Assembly: GCA_025201805.1 (NCBI GenBank)
Contig: MU619299.1
Location: 1-64,000 of the forward strand
Length of the DNA: 64,000 bases
From: Parasitella parasitica NRRL 2501
Lineage: Eukaryota > Fungi > Mucoromycota
Direction of reading: 5' to 3'
Shown: positions 26,368 through 40,041 of the stretch, piece by piece
How positions within the stretch are numbered: position 1 is the first letter of the stretch
Layout of the letters: every line of letters begins with the position of its first letter
Translations under genes and position numbers: made by a program
The notes under the pieces: model-generated
What the model was told of the DNA's origin: nothing
Seen by the model: only the letters and a program-made list of their open reading frames with translations
The model's database searches: none

Positions 26368-28868
26368 ATGAATACGAATAACCCACTGCTACCTATCTCT
26401 TCAACACCGGGGAAGAAGGCCAAAGACGCATCGCAAATCAAAAGAAGAATCACACAAGCATGCATTCTATGTAGAAAGAAAAAGGTAAATTTAGCCTTTG
26501 TGTCGTGAGTTATCTCGGTAAGTAACCTGTAAAAAAGATCAAATGCGATGGAGCCAAGCCAGAATGCGTTCACTGCCAGGATGCGAATATACAGTGTCAC
26601 TATACAGAATATAAAAAGAGAGGCCCTCATAAAGGCTACGTCAGATTATTAGAGGAAAGGCTAGCACAATTAGAGAGAAGATTAACGAATGCTGGAGCCG
26701 AGATTCCTCCACCAATATCCGCTACCTCACCAACACAGCAGTACAATAGTCCTTTAGTAAAAGCTGGGTCATCCTCTCCTTTGTCAAATTGCAAACGAGA
26801 TGGAGATGATGACTTTCCTCCGCAGGACATTGTTACTCACCTCATTGATTTATTCTTCCAGTATATCAACTCAGTATTCCCTTTTGTTCATCGTGCGAGA
26901 TTGAAACAGTCTATCCACGAAGGGAATGTATCAAAGCCATTGCTATGGGGCGTCATGGCTATTGCAGCAAGGTAAATATCAATTGCATGTGCGTGTCGAA
27001 AACATTTCTCAATTCCACGATTAGATTTTCAGACCATCCCAGTATAAAAACAGATCCCCCATATTGGGCAGGCGAAAAGTTTGCCATGAAAGCAACTTCA
27101 CTTATCAATGCAACGTTGTTGGAGCCTACCATTCCAAATCTACAATTCTGGGGTATCATGTCCTGTTTAGAATATGGTAGAGCGTCAGGTTCAAAGTAGG
27201 TTTTTCGCTCGTATTCTGTGGTAGTAGTAGTAGAGAAAGTGATTATTGACTCTATTAACTGGATAGAGCTTGGATTTACGGTGGTATTGCTGTCCGGATA
27301 TGTCAAGAATTGGGGTTGAACAAGGAAGAGATTCTCAAATCCCCGATATTAGCAGTTGATGGTTCTATTGATTATGTGGCTATGGCTTTACGCCGGCGCA
27401 TCTTTTGGAGCACGCTTTGTATCGACAAGTAAGTCTCTTTTCCAGCGTTTTTGGTTACACACGTTGCTTATTTCGAAATTATAGATTTGCTAGCACAAGC
27501 ACGAATCGCCCGCAAGGTTTCGACATTGGCGAATACGATGCTGAGCCCCCAACCCTCAGCGAAAGCCGTCTTTTGAGAGACCCCTTGCAGGGGTTTACTC
27601 TAGACCATCTAGTCATTGCCAATGATCCTTTGATGGATGTCATTCCCCGCTATCTCCGTGTTTTGGAGAGATTTGGAGAGATTGCAAAGTACATGAGTAG
27701 AGCTAAAACTGCGGCAGCTATAGTTTCCTGGCCACCCATCGACGAATTCAGCATATTGGATGCTAAAATGCGTAAATGGCGAGACGATTTACCAGAAGCT
27801 TTTCAATTTGGGCCTGGCAATGTTAAAAAGTATCGAAATTCTGCCAGTCAGAATTATCTCAATTTTTGGATTTGTTCACATGCGATGTATTGCACCGGTA
27901 TGCTGGCATTGCACCGTGGCAGTTTAGCATACAGCGATTTATCTGCAGCAGAATTATCACAAGACACCTATGACCGTATACAAGCAAGCATCAGCGCGTG
28001 TAAAGCAAATGTCGAAATCGCAATGGACGTTTTCAAAGCTCTGCATGATATTTGTGGCTGGAATGTTTTACCCTACATGGGCTACTGTGCCTACATCTTT
28101 TCTACTGTACTTATGACATCGGCGTTTTCGTCTGATCCTATATCCTATCAAAAGAGCAGTGCTGGTTTGGTCATTTTGTTTAATACAATCAAGGTAAACG
28201 AGAAATTAGAATGATCGTAAGCATACTGACCGATATTCTTTCAGTTGCTCGGTGCATACTGGCCAATGAGTGAAAGGCTTTCTCTTACTACTCGCGATAT
28301 GCTTTCAGCTCACAGTCGATTGTATGACGGTCAGGAACAAGAATTTAACTACGAAACCACCCGGTTGGTACCTCCGCCGCTGCAGCAACAGCAACAGCAA
28401 CAGACTATGCACCTTCAGCAACAAAGAACTCTTTTGCAGCCTCCTGCTCAACTACAACAGCAGCAACCTCAACCTCAACATAAATTGAATAATCCAAATA
28501 TTAACACATTAGTACCTGTATCAGCTGTAGAGACCCCAAGTATCCCCGCAGCTTCATCATCCTTGTCATATACAACTTTCGTTCCAAATAATAGCATGAT
28601 GCCCATTCAGCAGCAGCAAGCTCAAACACAAGATCAGCAAATCAGTGTTTATCCAGTGCAACAAGGAAGCATGAATAACAATGATATTGACTTTAATAGT
28701 TGTGAGTTTCTGTACGATTCTGCGCTATTCGGTCAAATCATTTTCGATACATCCAAAGCTGAAATGAGCGTGGCACCCCAATATTCTATACCAACCTCAA
28801 ATGCGCCAGTGTATCCTCTTTATCAACAGCAGCAACACAAACAAGCAACTACCCCGTGGGGCGTATAA
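26368..28868 (+). CDS. Zn(II)2Cys6 transcription factor with fungal TF middle homology region and Q-rich tail
   Basis: ACILCRKKK|IKCDGAKPECVHC..C.Y cluster, LEERLAQLE coiled coil, LFFQYINSVFPFVH, RRRIFWS..CIDK. Confidence 0.93.
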
Positions 28869-29790
28869 TTGACTTTTTATAATGTATAGTGTCAGAGCAA
28901 AACAAGTAAACTGGATATTTTTATTTGAGGAAAAAGACAGAGTTAACTGTAGTTTTCTCAACAAGTCAAGTCCAGTTAACTAGTGGCTATAATAAATACA
29001 TACATTGCTTCGCGGTGCCTAGCACATACTGCCGCTGACCTGCTTGGCTTCACGAAATTCTTCAAGGTGTCTACTCTCATAATCGCGCCACGTCTGATAG
29101 TGACATGATGGCTTTATTACTATGTAGTAGCATTTTTCAAAATTTTGCCACGACGATGTTAAGAGATAATAGTTTTTATCCACAACTTGTACTACTATTA
29201 TGCATTTTCATGTTTTCTAAAAGAGTTATTGTTCCGTCTTCATAAGAGATGCTCATTTTTGTGGATAATCCGTTGTTACTAAAGAATTTAAAAAGTTGGG
29301 CAAATTAGCCTCAAACATCTGGGCAAATTAGTCTCGCACAAGTACGCAATTTCGCTCAAAAAAGAGGGNNNNNNNNNNNNNNNNNNNNNNNNNNNNNNNN
29401 NNNNNNNNNNNNNNNNNNNNNNNNNNNNNNNNNNNNNNNNNNNNNNNNNNNNNNNNNNNNNNNNNNNNNNNNNNNNNNNNNNNNNNNNNNNNNNNNNNNN
29501 NNNNNNNNAATCAAAAAAAAAAAAAAAAAAAAAATCCACTCATAAAAACGTATTTACTTGCAGTGATTTGGTGCCTTTTGAGAAAAGAAAAAAAACGATC
29601 AGTAAAAGGCTATATACGAGTAACAAAATACAAGAGGTAGTTTGATTATTTTTATGCCAAGTTCACATTGTGAATAAATGCACCTTCCCCCTTCACAGTA
29701 ACCCCGCAACCGCCAACTTGTCCACAGCCCTATACAATTGATATACTTTGCTTTGTTTTATTTTATTTCTTGCTTGTATGCACACATAAT

Positions 29791-30954
29791 CTAATCAATT
29801 TGCATATCATCGCTCTTTTCGTTGGAAGTCTTTTCGCCGTCTTTTCCGTCCACATCCAGATCCTTCACATCCTTCTCTATTTGAGCAGTTGCTGATGATT
29901 CCGTGCCTTCCAAAGCATTTTCACTCTTGAAGTTATCAATCTTATTATCAATCAAATTATGAAGAGCGATAACCGCACGAATCATGCTAGACAAATAAAT
30001 CAACAATAATTGATCGTTTGTCTTTGTGCTGAATGAATTGACCATATCGTTGTTTTCGAGATTGGGCAAAAGGTTGAAAATATCTTGCAGGTTGTAAATA
30101 ATTTGGTGGTTGACAGGTAATTTACCACTGACGACTTTTTGCAAGTAGTCGCGGATTTCTTCAAGACGGCCTTGAAGACCTCCCAAGGATCCTAGTTGAG
30201 ACGTGATGCGAGTACTTAATGTGCCAACTGCGTTATCTTTAATATCTCTTAGCAGATGTTCAACGCCAATTTCTTCAGCCTCTTCTGCCACGATTTCTGA
30301 TGGAACATGCATAAATGTTTTTGTTGTAGTGGTACCGTCCTAATAGTCTGGATTCAGTAAAATGGCATAATCTCTGTGCGATATCAAAATACTCACATCC
30401 TTGATTTCTTCGATAGCAAAATAAGCATCGGTAGGAATTTCTGCATCATTAGGCTTTACATCGACAATGACGAGCACAGGATTGGGTGTGTACCGTTTGA
30501 AGAGCTCATTGATTTCTAAATCTGAAGAACGAAGCTTGGGTCCACTATGATACCAACCAATCAGCTTTTCCTTTGCTACAGAAATATCTAAGTACCCATA
30601 CTGCCTCTATGTTTGTGGTAGAGTCTCTTTACCATTCACTTTTTTAAACATATCGTTCATGGCTTCCACGTAGTTGTGATCCAAAAACCAAACTGAAGGA
30701 TCCTTGGGATCTTCCTCGAAAGGGACTATTTACAACAGTCAGAATACACAAACAACACAATCGCATTGCAAAATCTTACCAGCAAAACTGTTGGAAACAT
30801 TGACGGTTTTTCCCTTGTTCTGTCCAAGCAGTACACCAACGACGCGCTTCTTGGTATCCTTGGCAACACGGTTGTAATGATCCGTTGCAGAAAGCAGCAC
30901 AAGAGGATGAACATGAGCTGTGACGGAGGGTTGGACAGTTATAGTAGCAGGCAT
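29791..30954 (-). CDS. RPN8: 26S proteasome lid subunit Rpn8
   Basis: [53 protein letters not shown]. Confidence 0.97.
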
Positions 30955-31235
30955 TTTTACTTTAGATATATCAAGAAGAAAAAGGATATCAAATACAAAG
31001 CTCAGGCCCTAATGCTCATGCTCTTTATACACACTTACGCGTACAATAAGATGCCGGAATCCTATTAAGCCAGCGGATCGTGACATCATCTCGTATGCTA
31101 CAGAGTTCCTGCTTCCTGATTGCCTTTGGGCCACTGGTTTGAGCTCGATGCTGAATTAAAAGGGAGCTGAATACTATTTCTTTCTTTTTCCGTCCTTTTA
31201 CTGCCTGCTTAAAAGAGACATCCGAGAAAGACCTC

Positions 31236-32345
31236 ATGTCTAATTACAACTACAATTACATCATAAAGGTTTTTGACCTCTGATCTTTGATGAAACAGCA
31301 TATTAACATGTAAAATTTGTTGAACAGTATATCATTATTGGTGATACAGGTAAAAAGAAAAAAAAAAAAAAAAAAAAAAAAAAATAGCGAAATTACATAC
31401 TAAGCGTGTACATTAGGCGTAGGAAAAGTAAAGTATCCAAGAAAATCATCCGAATGTCTATGCTTTTCGGAACTAATGTATATTCTGTAGTCATGTATTT
31501 TGTTGCAGTTTACAGATAAAAGATTCATGCCAGCTCATGATTTAACCATTGGGTAAAGTATATGGCTTGAAACGTTTCAAAAAAGGGGAAGGGTTTCTTT
31601 ATTAACATTGTTTCTAGAGTTGGATTCGGCACTCGTTTTATCACAGTGAATGACCAACCAATAAAACTGCAAATTTGGGATACAGTGAGTTATGTACAAG
31701 TACAAGCTAAAGTGTATCTGTACTCATTACATGTAGGCTGGACAAGAATCATTTAGATCAATTACACGAAGTTATTATAGAGGCGCTGCCGGTGCTTTGT
31801 TGGGTAAGGCTTTGTTATGATTTCAGGCACCAACTAATTTATTTACATGTATGCTAGTTTATGACATAACAAGAAGAGATACCTTTGAGCATCTACCAGT
31901 TTGGCTGGAAGGTAGTATTGTGGCTATTTACATGTAAGGTACAAAAGCTGATTGCACATTGCAGATGTCCGCCAACATGCCAACCCAAACACTGTCATCA
32001 TGCTGGTCGGCAATAAGAGCGATTTGGAAAAGAATCGACAGGTTTCAAGAGAGGAAGCCCAGAAATTTGCCCAAGAAAATGATTTGTTCTTTCTGGAGAC
32101 ATCTGCTAAATCCTCTGATAATGTAGAACGAGCTTTTGAACAGACGGCAGCAGAAATTCAAAGGAAGATTCAGAGCGGTATCATCGATATGAACAGCGAG
32201 GTAAGTAGTGCTTTTGCTGCCTAGTTTTTTTTTTATCATTCCAACAACAATTGGCTAGACAAATGGTGTCAAACTGGCCCCTCCCCAAGGCGGATCTTCT
32301 TTGCCCTCTGCAAACAGTTCCTCGAGCAGCGGCGGATGTTGTTAA
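31236..32345 (+). CDS. RAB2: Rab2 GTPase, many small exons
   Basis: [60 protein letters not shown], C-terminal GGCC. Confidence 0.93.
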
Positions 32346-33045
32346 AGTAAATGTCAAAAAACATTACCCCTCTTTTATTTCATACTCTATCTCGTCCTTA
32401 CATCTAATATCACATCAAATAAACTTTTTTTCATTGTTACACCTTGAGATGAAGTGAGGATTATTTTCATTTGAGCAAACGTCAATACAGTTTTAAACAT
32501 TGTTGTGTTAATATGGTGCGCGACGATAAAAAATGACTTTAAGGAAGCTGCTGTTTCGTCCTTGCTGATATTGGTGCAACATGTTCTTTTCGTTATCGAT
32601 GTCTGAACTGGGTTATATTATCATACAAAAACTTTTTGTGTCCTGAATCTACATATATCTACGCAATGGTTCAGTCTCTTCTATGGGCACCATTGCAGCA
32701 TTGATACTTGTTTAAGGAGGCTGTGTTTCACAAACTGTCGCATAACAATCCAAAAATGTCTTGCAATTAATGAAGACTGACGTTATTATGGAAATATTCG
32801 TCTTTTACACTAACCCATAAAGACGCAAAATAGCATTAAAGCTATAGTTTGGGGCAACTAGGAATAAATCTCTGGTGTACATGTATTGATGAATATGCTG
32901 TTGTGATATAGCAGCTGACTGTGGACTGAATAAACGTTACTTGGTGAAAGGCAATTACATACAAAAAAATAATGATCAATTGACGCAATAGTGGCTTTCT
33001 CTCTGTCTCTCTCTCCCTCTCTCTCTCTTATTTTCATCGATTCAA

Positions 33046-34835
33046 ATGCCAACATTCAACGAAATCACAGATAATAAAGTTGATGCCACTTCATTCAACG
33101 TCAGTGTCCCTGATATTCTTGATCATGAAGCATCGAGTAGCACCTTCCCGTCATCGCCATTTTCTACCTATCAAACTGATTCTAATGTGCCAAATGATGC
33201 CACAAGGACGGCACCATTATTATCTTCCACTGTAGAAAAGTCAAGAGAATCATTAATGTCTGAAATTGAAGATACAATTGAGCAGATCTTTGCTTCTATA
33301 GCCATTGGAGAATCATTCAAAGTACCCACGACATGCAGACCTCCATCGACTCTGCAAAACCAAAAGTAAGGCCATGTGCCTTATGTAGTGATGAGGGATA
33401 AACTAATACATTGCACGCTTGCTTATATACCTGCAGAAGAAAAAGACCTCCAGCTGCTGCAACCGCAGCATGTAGCGATGTTGCCAACGCTAGTAGTGGC
33501 AATACTCGCAATCTAACACTCTCAAGTAGCAGCAAGTCAACTCAGGCTTTGGCTCGCTATCTCTCTGTTTTACAGATGATTTATGAAGCGATTGCGCATA
33601 GAATTATGCTGACAAAAAGAGACATATATTATCGAAACGTCGAACTGTTTAGCAAGCAGTCTGTTGTGGATACAGTAATATATTGCTATCGTATTAGGAG
33701 GGGTGTTATTACTCGTACTGATGATTACAAAGATTGTAGATGATATGTCTCGTCATTATAATGTGCCGCGATGTTCACTAAATGTTGTTAGTATAATCGC
33801 CGACATCTATATGGTTGACCAAACGGGACTGATACATTCCTAGAGTGCAGCATCCAAGGGCCTTGTATTTGGGCCAATTATTATAAAGTTAAAGAACAAC
33901 AAGACGTTGGATTGTAGTTTTAGCAGTGCGACAACAACAACAACAACAACAACAACAGTAACAACAGCTGATGATGGGCAAGTAAGTTTGCCGTTGAATA
34001 CAACACGTACATCTGTTTACAAATTATTGTTTCGACTTTATATGTGCAGGGGATATTGATACCTCCTGTTCATCAAATAGTTCAAGTACAGTGCAAAGCA
34101 AAATGTATGATTGTAGTCGAAAAAGAGGCTACATTCCGCTATCTAGTCTCAATTGGATTCTGTCAGTCCTTACCCGAGAGCTGTGTATTAGTTACGGTAA
34201 GTATATCTTGTACAATGATAAAAAAAAAAAAAAAAAGGCTCAATGGCAGAGTCCCATTGTAGGGCAAAGGATACCCTGATTTATCTACTAGACAATTTGT
34301 TAAATACTTTTCGACCCACTTTACCATGAAGCGTATACTTGCACTTATGGACGGAGACCCACACGGGCTCGATATTTATGCTACCTACAAGTGGGGGACG
34401 AGGACCATGTCGTTTGATGTGTTCAACTTGGCGGTAAACAGTATAGAGCTGATTGGGCTAACATGTCGAGACCGTCAAGAGTGAGTTTGGTGGGGGTGGG
34501 GTGGACAGATGCAGATTTTCGAGAGCTAAAACAACGTGTACAGATTTCACATATCTCCGCAATGCCTGATCCCTTTGACAGAAAGAGATAGAGCAAAGTG
34601 CTTGACCATGGTTAAAACGTACAATCAAAACGAAACGCCAGGACAGAGCCAATTGATCGAGCGAGGATGGCAAGACGTGGACACTCAACTAGCGTCGCAA
34701 GGACATCGGTCATACATACGGGAGATCAACTATCTGCTGCAGTCAGGCCATAAATGTGAAATACAAGCACTTAATGATAGCGGCCCTTTCAGCTTGACAA
34801 ACTACTTGATCAAGAAACTGGGCAAATATCAATAA
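33046..34835 (+). CDS. SPO11: Meiotic topoisomerase VI A-like protein Spo11
   Basis: TKRDIYY (catalytic Tyr), QSVVD, ASKGL, VEKEATF, GKGYPD, DGDPHG Toprim motif. Confidence 0.93.
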
Positions 34836-35052
34836 CAGCAAATATCTACACCAGCAGCAGCAGGGCCAATCAAGCTCCGTTGATATATAATAATAGCCAT
34901 TTGCTTTGAAAAATAAATTGCTCCCTTGTTTCTTTACTTTTTTGATACAAGACAAACAACATGGCAGATTCGTAAGTAACATCACAGGCTGCTACATTTA
35001 GACATGGCTTTTTTCTGACAGCAGCTTACATTGCAAAATCAACAGACAACGG

Positions 35053-36088
35053 ATGATTCTGGATCCTGGTATGTTTCTGCATTACAAGCTTCTTTTCACA
35101 CGCGATACTAACTCGCCCAACAAAGCTATCCGTGATTGGGTTCTCATACCCATTCTGTTCGTGATGGTCCTCGTAGGCATTCTTCGCCACCACATTACAA
35201 TTCTCATTACAGGCGCACCAAAGACGCCGCAATTGAAAGCTATTCGTGAGTCGTAAGTTTGTCTGTCTGCCTTTTGTTCGTTTCTTGAGAATTCAAGCTG
35301 CTCTCCACATTCCATGTAGAAAGGCATTGTTACGAGGATTGCGGCTACGAACGGTGGGCAATAGCATCCCACAGCATGCTTTTGCTGTTCGCAAAGCGTA
35401 TCTAGCGGATGCATTTGAAAAGGGCAAGTATCTTAAAAACCCTGATGCCAACAAGGAAGGAGCAGCGCCAGCAAATCCCATGGCAGACCCTGATATGATG
35501 GAAGGAATGATGGAGGGCATGAAGAAGCAGATAACCAACATGGTGCCTCAAATGGTGATTATGGGATGGATCAACTTTTTTTTCCAGGGATTCGTAGTCA
35601 TCAAGCTCCCCTTTCCTCTGACACCTCGCTTCAAGCAGATGCTGCAGAGTGGTGTCGATACTCGCGATATGGACGTCACCTGGGTCTCCTCTCTTTCCTG
35701 GTACTTTCTCAATCTGTTTGGACTCGGTAGTGTATTTTCTTTAATTCTGGGTGACAACAATGCAGCAGGTGTAGACATGACAGCCATGAGCTCAATGCCT
35801 GGTATGATGCCTGGAATGGGTGCCATGGGTGGTGCCCAACCAGGTCAGCCGCAGGATTTCAACAAGATGTTTCTGGCCGAGAAGGAGAATGTCATTATTA
35901 CGCCTCATGTGTGGGATTTAGAGGACGTTGAAGAAAGGCTGTTGAAAAAGTATGGCAAGACCATTGCCTCAAAGACAACAACAGCAAAGTGCGCCACTGA
36001 GCCCGCCAGTGCTGAATCAATAAAGAAAAAGGAGCCTTCTGTGCGTGAAAAGATTCAAAAGGTTCAAAAGAGCAATAAGCGTCGATAA
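35053..36088 (+). CDS. EMC3: ER membrane complex subunit 3
   Basis: LDP|AIRDWVLIPI, GWINFFFQGFVVIKLPFPLTPRFKQMLQSG, WVSSLSWYFL. Confidence 0.95.
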
Positions 36089-36123
36089 AAGAAAAAGTTT
36101 AATAAAAAAAAAAAGAAAAGAAA

Positions 36124-37447
36124 TCAAGGCCGTGTCCTGGCCAAGCCTACACGAGTATTTCCAAAGTCATAGACTGAATAGTAGCTTCTTAAAAATGTAT
36201 CGCCCAGGATGACAAGCGGTGTATTGGCTTCGGCAACACCAGAATAACAGAGCCCGCTCTTGTCGCCTGACGCCTGGGACATTTTGGCTCTTACTAAATC
36301 CTTGAGAAAAAGGGGAAAGTCTTGATCTCCAAGCTTGATACTAATGGATTCTGTAGAATCGCTGTCTGCAAAACTGCATGGCATTCTCCAGCCGTACATG
36401 GGGTCGTATTTTGCATCTGGGATGGCCTTATGAATGGCGTTGGACACTGCACTAGGTACGATAATAAGCGTGGTTCCAGTGTCAACTATAGCAGGCATTG
36501 CAGAATGAAGAACATTGACCCCTCCAATTTCTACACCTGTCATGTCTACTTGCCAGTACTTTTTGAGTGTCACTGGGACGTATTTCAGTTCACCCTCGAA
36601 ATGGTTTTGATTAATGTCACCAAACAACTATAAATAAACGTAAGCTTGTCGGTTCTGCTTGCCGCTGCTGGTGTACTTACAATTTCGCCTTTGCCGCCAT
36701 CACGATTATGTCCCAGATGAAAGCTGACGATTGGAGAAGGAATGGAACCAGCCATATGTAAATCTTCAACAATTGAGGCCTTGATGCCCGTATAAGCCAA
36801 GGGAGGGAAAGCCAAGCCAAAGATGCCGTCCAAAAACTTGTCTGAGGCAAATTCTGGTGTCTCATCACTCACCAAGCCAATTAGTTGCTGAGGCCGAGTG
36901 ACGTTTCCCAAATGTACAGCATCCATGGCCGTATATCCTCGCACACTGGAACCGTCGCCGTAGGAGAGCTGCCATGTTTTGCTGTTTATCTCTTTGTAAG
37001 TGGATGACTTTGAGCCGTCAAAGCGATTATGTGTGCTGCAGCTAGACCCACATCTGGAAGAAGGCACCCAGATATCCGAGCTGCCCGTGTCAAAATCTAC
37101 ATTGAACTTTTGTGGCGGTGTGCCAATGGCAATTTCTCCAACGTATTCAATATCGACATAGGCACTAAACAGCTCGATTGCTGCGTTGCTGGCAGAATTC
37201 AATCTGGAATTTAGCTTTTCGTCCACAATCCCATATTTGGCTAAAGATCGCTTGACTCTTGCGGGTGTATTCATGCGACTGCCTTCAATGAAATCGAGGC
37301 CGACGCTATAGTACAAGGAGCTCAAGTTAGTTGCTATCAGTGGGTGATACGCATAGAATACTACTTTAAATGACTAAGCTGAGCTTCAACTACCATCAAT
37401 AGCACCAGTGCAGTGGCGGACGCTACTAGGCTTAGTTGCTTGACCAT
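36124..37447 (-). CDS. Secreted A1 aspartic protease (rhizopuspepsin/pepsin-like)
   Basis: Signal peptide; FDTGSSD and VDTGTT catalytic motifs; YGDGS flap; ILGDTFLR. Confidence 0.95.
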
Positions 37448-37880
37448 CTTGTAGGCGATATTTGTTGGGATGCAGATGTAAATAAAAGCTGTAAACAAAC
37501 TTTTGTCTCCCTTTATATATTGTACATGTACCTCTATGGCGATATAGCCCGAGGATTTTGGATCAAAGACTTTCATCAAGTCACCGAAGAAGCAAGGCTG
37601 AATCAATTTGACACAATTGGCATGTGTAGCATAACCTCTATATCGATGACGACTTGGTAAAATACGATAGATGCATGAATCTTGTAATTAATCACATGCC
37701 ATGCGTTTTTGCCAGTGCTTTGATATTCAAGATATACAATACGCTTGGATTTATCAGAAGCCATATTTTCTAAGCTGGAAATTACCCTCGGGTAGATTCT
37801 TGTCTTTCCTCCTCCTTCCCCCCTCTCCCTTTGTTTCTCCATCATTCTTGTAAAATTCTCCTCTTTCATAAACTGTTATC

Positions 37881-38849
37881 ATGGTACACCATCCTGGCCG
37901 TGTATCCATCATCGGAGCAGGCACACTAGGCGGTACCATCGCTTATAGCCTCATGCTCACAAATGCCGCTAAAGAAATACTGTTGGTGGACATGTCGCAA
38001 AACATTATCCAAGGGCAAGTGTTGGATTTAGCAGAAGTACCAAGCACAACAACAGTTCGTGCTGGTACCTTTAAAGAAGCAGGACAGTCTACATTGGTCA
38101 TACTGACGGCAGACACGCCACCTAGCGACACAAATCGCCAGCAATGGCTTAAAAGAAGCCGACACTTGTTGCAGAGCATTGCATCCAGCATGTCTCCTGT
38201 GCACTCGGAAATCATGGTTTTAGTCACCAGTGATCCTGTTGATTTATATGTACAATCTTTACAATCGTATTTCCCCCACGTGTCTCCGAACCGTATTTTT
38301 GGGCTAGGCAATGCCATGGCAACAGTTCGATTCGCAGAGTGGCTCAAAGAGATGATGACTTTGTCGTTGTCGTCTTCGTTGTCTTCGTCGTCTTCGTCGC
38401 CTTCATTAGCCAAAATTACAGACGCCTACTGTATTGGAACACAGCATTTGCCAGTTGTAGTTTGGAGTAATGCCAAGGTCAATGGCTCGCCAGCGTCCGC
38501 ATTATCCAATTTAACTGCACAAAGAGCCACTTGCGACAAAGTGGTTTCCAACCATCGACGATATTTGATCTGCGAGCGCAAAGGGGGGGCTTGGTTTGGC
38601 GAAGCTGCTGCTGTTACCCGACTCGTCGTGGCGATCCTCAGGCAGCAGCCTTCCTCTCGCACTGCCGATACCATTTGGGTTTTATCTGTAACTGTACCTC
38701 GTTACCAGTGTTGTCTTTCCTGGCCTGTGGTTATTTGCAACACGGGGGTCAAATGCCTGGTTGACATACTACTCTCAGCAGACGAACAAGAACAAATCCT
38801 GCAAGTGGTAGAGTCAAACGTAGCAGACTTTCAAGCAAGCTTTACTTAA
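37881..38849 (+). CDS. L-lactate/malate dehydrogenase-fold protein, probably catalytically divergent
   Basis: IIGAGTLG Rossmann motif, GQVLDL, DPVD, RIFGLG, ERKGG..FG; intronless 322-aa ORF. Confidence 0.8.
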   Translation: MVHHPGRVSIIGAGTLGGTIAYSLMLTNAAKEILLVDMSQNIIQGQVLDLAEVPSTTTVRAGTFKEAGQSTLVILTADTPPSDTNRQQWLKRSRHLLQSIASSMSPVHSEIMVLVTSDPVDLYVQSLQSYFPHVSPNRIFGLGNAMATVRFAEWLKEMMTLSLSSSLSSSSSSPSLAKITDAYCIGTQHLPVVVWSNAKVNGSPASALSNLTAQRATCDKVVSNHRRYLICERKGGAWFGEAAAVTRLVVAILRQQPSSRTADTIWVLSVTVPRYQCCLSWPVVICNTGVKCLVDILLSADEQEQILQVVESNVADFQASFT

Positions 38850-38868
38850 TTAATAAAATACCATGCAT

Positions 38869-40041
38869 TTATTTCTTGAATAATTTATTTAATCGAACTT
38901 TGAATTGGTCGTTCAAGCGAGCTGATGCAGAGGGCCTTGGCGAGCTCGGATTAGGGAAAAACGGTTGGATGTGCAATGAGCTCGCTTTCGAGGCTAAATT
39001 AGAAGAAATATAACTATCTTGGCTTTGGGTGCTTGATCTCCTACTCGCTATGCTACCTTGGCCGCCATTGGGGTTGGATTTCTTAATCCTATTTACAGCT
39101 CTTTGGAATTTGCTTTTAAATAACTGGCCTGGGCTAGACAAAGATGGTCTTGGGAGTGGTGGTAGCAGTAAAATGTCGTCCATCAACGCTATGGTATCGA
39201 TCGAGGTGATGGCTGTATGTGGTAGAATTAGGCAGTCTGGTTGGTCTGACTGGTCTGACTGGTTTGGCTGGTCTGCCTGGTCTGGCTGATCTACTAATAA
39301 AATTGCTGCAGTAGAATTGTTGTCATGGGGTAAAGGAGTCATGACAGAACCGGTTGTCTGCTTGATAGCAGTAGAAGGTTTCGAGGCTGTTTCTAGTAAC
39401 AACAGCGAGGATACCTCTTCATCTTCTTCAGAGGTTGATGAAGACGAGGAAAATGTCAACATGTCGTTTTGTGATGGGGATGTAATTAAAGGGTGCTGCT
39501 CTTTTTTGGCAGTGGTGTTGGTTTTAAAATTCCTTTGCTCGTCGTACTCGAGTTCTTGATGTATGGCAGACCAGTCGATGGAGCTATTTTCTTGTAAATG
39601 GTGATGATTCTCATCATCGCTGACAAAATTAAAATGTGTGTCTAGCCTTGGTAATGTAGTTGGACAGGATGGAAATTTCATGAGGTTCTCGAAATCTATA
39701 GAAGAAGCATTGGAAATGTCATCCTGCTCGTGTTGATCGTCTAGTGTGCAGTGGTTAATGGATGCATAGTGCGGTTCGTTATCGTATTCTAGAGAGTTCT
39801 GCAGAGCGCAAGGAAGATTTGATGGTGGAGCTTCTATTAATTTGGTTTCCCTGGGTCTTTCGTCCTGCTGCTGCTTGAACAGCATGAAATATCCCAATAC
39901 AAATGCTGCCAGCAGATAAGTAGGTAACTTTGCAACGATAAGCACACAAATCAATGGGATGAATTGACGAGGTATTTTTGATTTTTTCATGATTGCCTGT
40001 AAGATTTGTTGTTGTTGTTGTTGTTGTATAGTTGTTGTCAT
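38869..40041 (-). CDS. Hypothetical protein: N-terminal hydrophobic segments, low-complexity acidic/Ser-rich body
   Basis: Long uninterrupted ORF; likely start MTTTIQQQ; no recognisable family. Confidence 0.7.
   Translation of the reverse strand: MTTTIQQQQQQQILQAIMKKSKIPRQFIPLICVLIVAKLPTYLLAAFVLGYFMLFKQQQDERPRETKLIEAPPSNLPCALQNSLEYDNEPHYASINHCTLDDQHEQDDISNASSIDFENLMKFPSCPTTLPRLDTHFNFVSDDENHHHLQENSSIDWSAIHQELEYDEQRNFKTNTTAKKEQHPLITSPSQNDMLTFSSSSSTSEEDEEVSSLLLLETASKPSTAIKQTTGSVMTPLPHDNNSTAAILLVDQPDQADQPNQSDQSDQPDCLILPHTAITSIDTIALMDDILLLPPLPRPSLSSPGQLFKSKFQRAVNRIKKSNPNGGQGSIASRRSSTQSQDSYISSNLASKASSLHIQPFFPNPSSPRPSASARLNDQFKVRLNKLFKK

Noticed and set aside
19922-28868. P450 plus Zn2Cys6 TF as a secondary-metabolite cluster
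   Set aside because: No backbone synthase or transporter; the genes are separated only by transposon debris.
29176-29270. Inverted TTATCCACA (DnaA-box-like) pair
   Set aside because: Eukaryotic context; short AT-rich match likely by chance.
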